Positions 50,741 to 51,804 of a DNA stretch of 51,804 nt are shown here, one piece after another. The translations under genes and the position numbers were made by a program. The stretch's first letter is position 1; every line of letters starts with the position of its first letter. Source of the stretch: Rhodospirillales bacterium (GTDB taxonomy: Bacteria; Pseudomonadota; Alphaproteobacteria; CACIAM-22H2); assembly GCA_016794005.1 (NCBI GenBank), contig JAEUKY010000213.1, positions 1-51,804 on the forward strand. Reading direction: 5' to 3'. Under the pieces are notes generated by a model. It searched no databases and had not been told where the DNA came from. It saw only the letters and a list, made by a program, of their open reading frames with translations.

Positions 50741-50776
50741 GCCCGCGAAACGGTTTGCGATCAACCGCTTGCGGGC
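50741..50776 (-). other. Long imperfect hairpin just after fabG (6 bp + bulge + 7 bp)
   Basis: The minus strand reads GCCCGCAAGCGGTT..AACCGTTTCGCGGGC. There is no U-tract, so it may be a processing or attenuation structure in the 200-nt fabG-acpP spacer. Confidence 0.25.
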
Positions 50777-50787
50777 ACCGGCCGGCG

Positions 50788-51525
50788 TCAAATCATCGCC
50801 ATCCCGCCGTTGACGTGCAGTGTCTGGCCGGTGACGTAGGCCGCCTGCTCGCTGGCGAGATAGACGACGGCGGCGGCGATCTCCTCGGAAGTTCCCATGC
50901 GGCCGAGCGGGATTCCGCCGAGCAGGCGCGTCTTCTGGTCGTCCGTCAGCGCGTCGGTCATCGGCGAGACGATGAAGCCCGGCGCCACGCAGTTGACCGT
51001 GATGCCGCGCGAGGCGACTTCCTGCGCCAGCGCCTTCGACATGCCGATCATGCCGGCCTTCGCGGCGGCGTAGTTCGCCTGCCCCGGATTGCCGGTGACG
51101 CCGACGATCGACGTGATGCCCACGATGCGGCCCCACTTGCGCTTCATCATGCCGCGCAGTGCGGCGCGCGACAGCCGGAACCCGGCCGACAGGTTGACGT
51201 CGATGACTTTCTGCCAGTCGTCGTCCTTCATGCGCATGGCAAGCCCGTCGCGCGTGAGGCCGGCGTTGTTGACGAGGATGTCGACCTGCCCGAGGGCGGC
51301 TTCGGCGTCCTTGAAAAGCTTCTCGGTCGCGGCCGCGTCGCCCAGATCGCCCGGACACACGACGGCGCGCTCGCCGATCTTCGCCTTCAGCGCTTCGAGC
51401 GGCTCGACGCGCGTGCCCGACAGCGCCACCTTGGCACCCGCCGCCGCGAGCGCTTGCGCGATCGCACCACCGATACCGCCCGACGCGCCCGTCACCAGCG
51501 CGCACTTGCCTTCAAGACTGAACAT
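50788..51525 (-). CDS. fabG: 3-oxoacyl-ACP reductase
   Basis: MFSLEGKCALVTGASGGIG..NNAG..YAAAKAG.. Alternative GTG at 51534. Confidence 0.95.
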   Translation of the reverse strand: MFSLEGKCALVTGASGGIGGAIAQALAAAGAKVALSGTRVEPLEALKAKIGERAVVCPGDLGDAAATEKLFKDAEAALGQVDILVNNAGLTRDGLAMRMKDDDWQKVIDVNLSAGFRLSRAALRGMMKRKWGRIVGITSIVGVTGNPGQANYAAAKAGMIGMSKALAQEVASRGITVNCVAPGFIVSPMTDALTDDQKTRLLGGIPLGRMGTSEEIAAAVVYLASEQAAYVTGQTLHVNGGMAMI

Positions 51526-51537
51526 CCCGGTCACTCC

Positions 51538-51804
51538 CTAGAGCGTCTTCGCGAAGGCTTCGATGTCGGCCGGGCCGTTGAGCGCGATCCCCGTCACGTC
51601 CGGTTCGATGCGCTTCGCAAGACCCGACAGAACCTTGCCTGCACCAAGCTCGTAGGCCTGCGCCACGCCCTGCCCCTTCATGTACGAGACGCATTCGCGC
51701 CAGCGCACGCGGCCCGTCACCTGGCGGACCAGCAGCTTGGCGATCTCGCCGGCGTCCGAAACGGCCGACGCGGTCACGTTCGCGACCAGCGGCACGCGCG
51801 GCGG
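51538..51804 (-). CDS. fabD: Malonyl CoA-ACP transacylase (C-terminal part only; N-terminus beyond the window end)
   Basis: ..VANVTA..LVRQVTGRVRWRECV..ELGAGKVLSGL.., upstream of fabG-acpP-fabF. Confidence 0.9.
   Translation of the reverse strand, partial: PPRVPLVANVTASAVSDAGEIAKLLVRQVTGRVRWRECVSYMKGQGVAQAYELGAGKVLSGLAKRIEPDVTGIALNGPADIEAFAKTL

Overview
This is a gene-dense, visibly GC-rich window (third codon positions are almost always G/C). Its gene content and order look like a core chromosomal segment of an alphaproteobacterium. All identifications come from reading the translations and motifs by eye; no searches were run. I recognise about 55 protein genes. They include secF-secD-yajC, tatABC, surE-pcm-nlpD, scpAB, nagZ, argS, dgt, erpA, xthA, ilvD, purMN, ndk, holC-pepA divergent from lptFG-surA-rsmA, gmk-yicC, mltG and fabD-fabG-acpP-fabF. 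I found no rRNA, tRNA, CRISPR array, transposase, integrase or obvious defence island. Genes are packed very tightly, with many ATGA/GTGA start-stop overlaps and two convergent 3' overlaps. I found only one textbook intrinsic terminator. The accessory-looking content is small:
- A plus-strand islet with an orphan OmpR-type regulator, a sensor-type globin and an unlisted 48-codon ORF.
- A co-directional module of a cupredoxin-like protein, a hybrid kinase, a CheY-like receiver, a guanine deaminase and an MFS transporter.
- A soluble chemoreceptor with inverted domain order.
- A YajC carrying a degenerate J-domain tail.
- A CYTH-CHAD protein, an orphan ABC ATPase and a stand-alone TrpF-like gene.

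I do not see a compelling novel system. The cupredoxin-kinase-deaminase module and the YajC fusion are the best candidates, and both need database and experimental checks.
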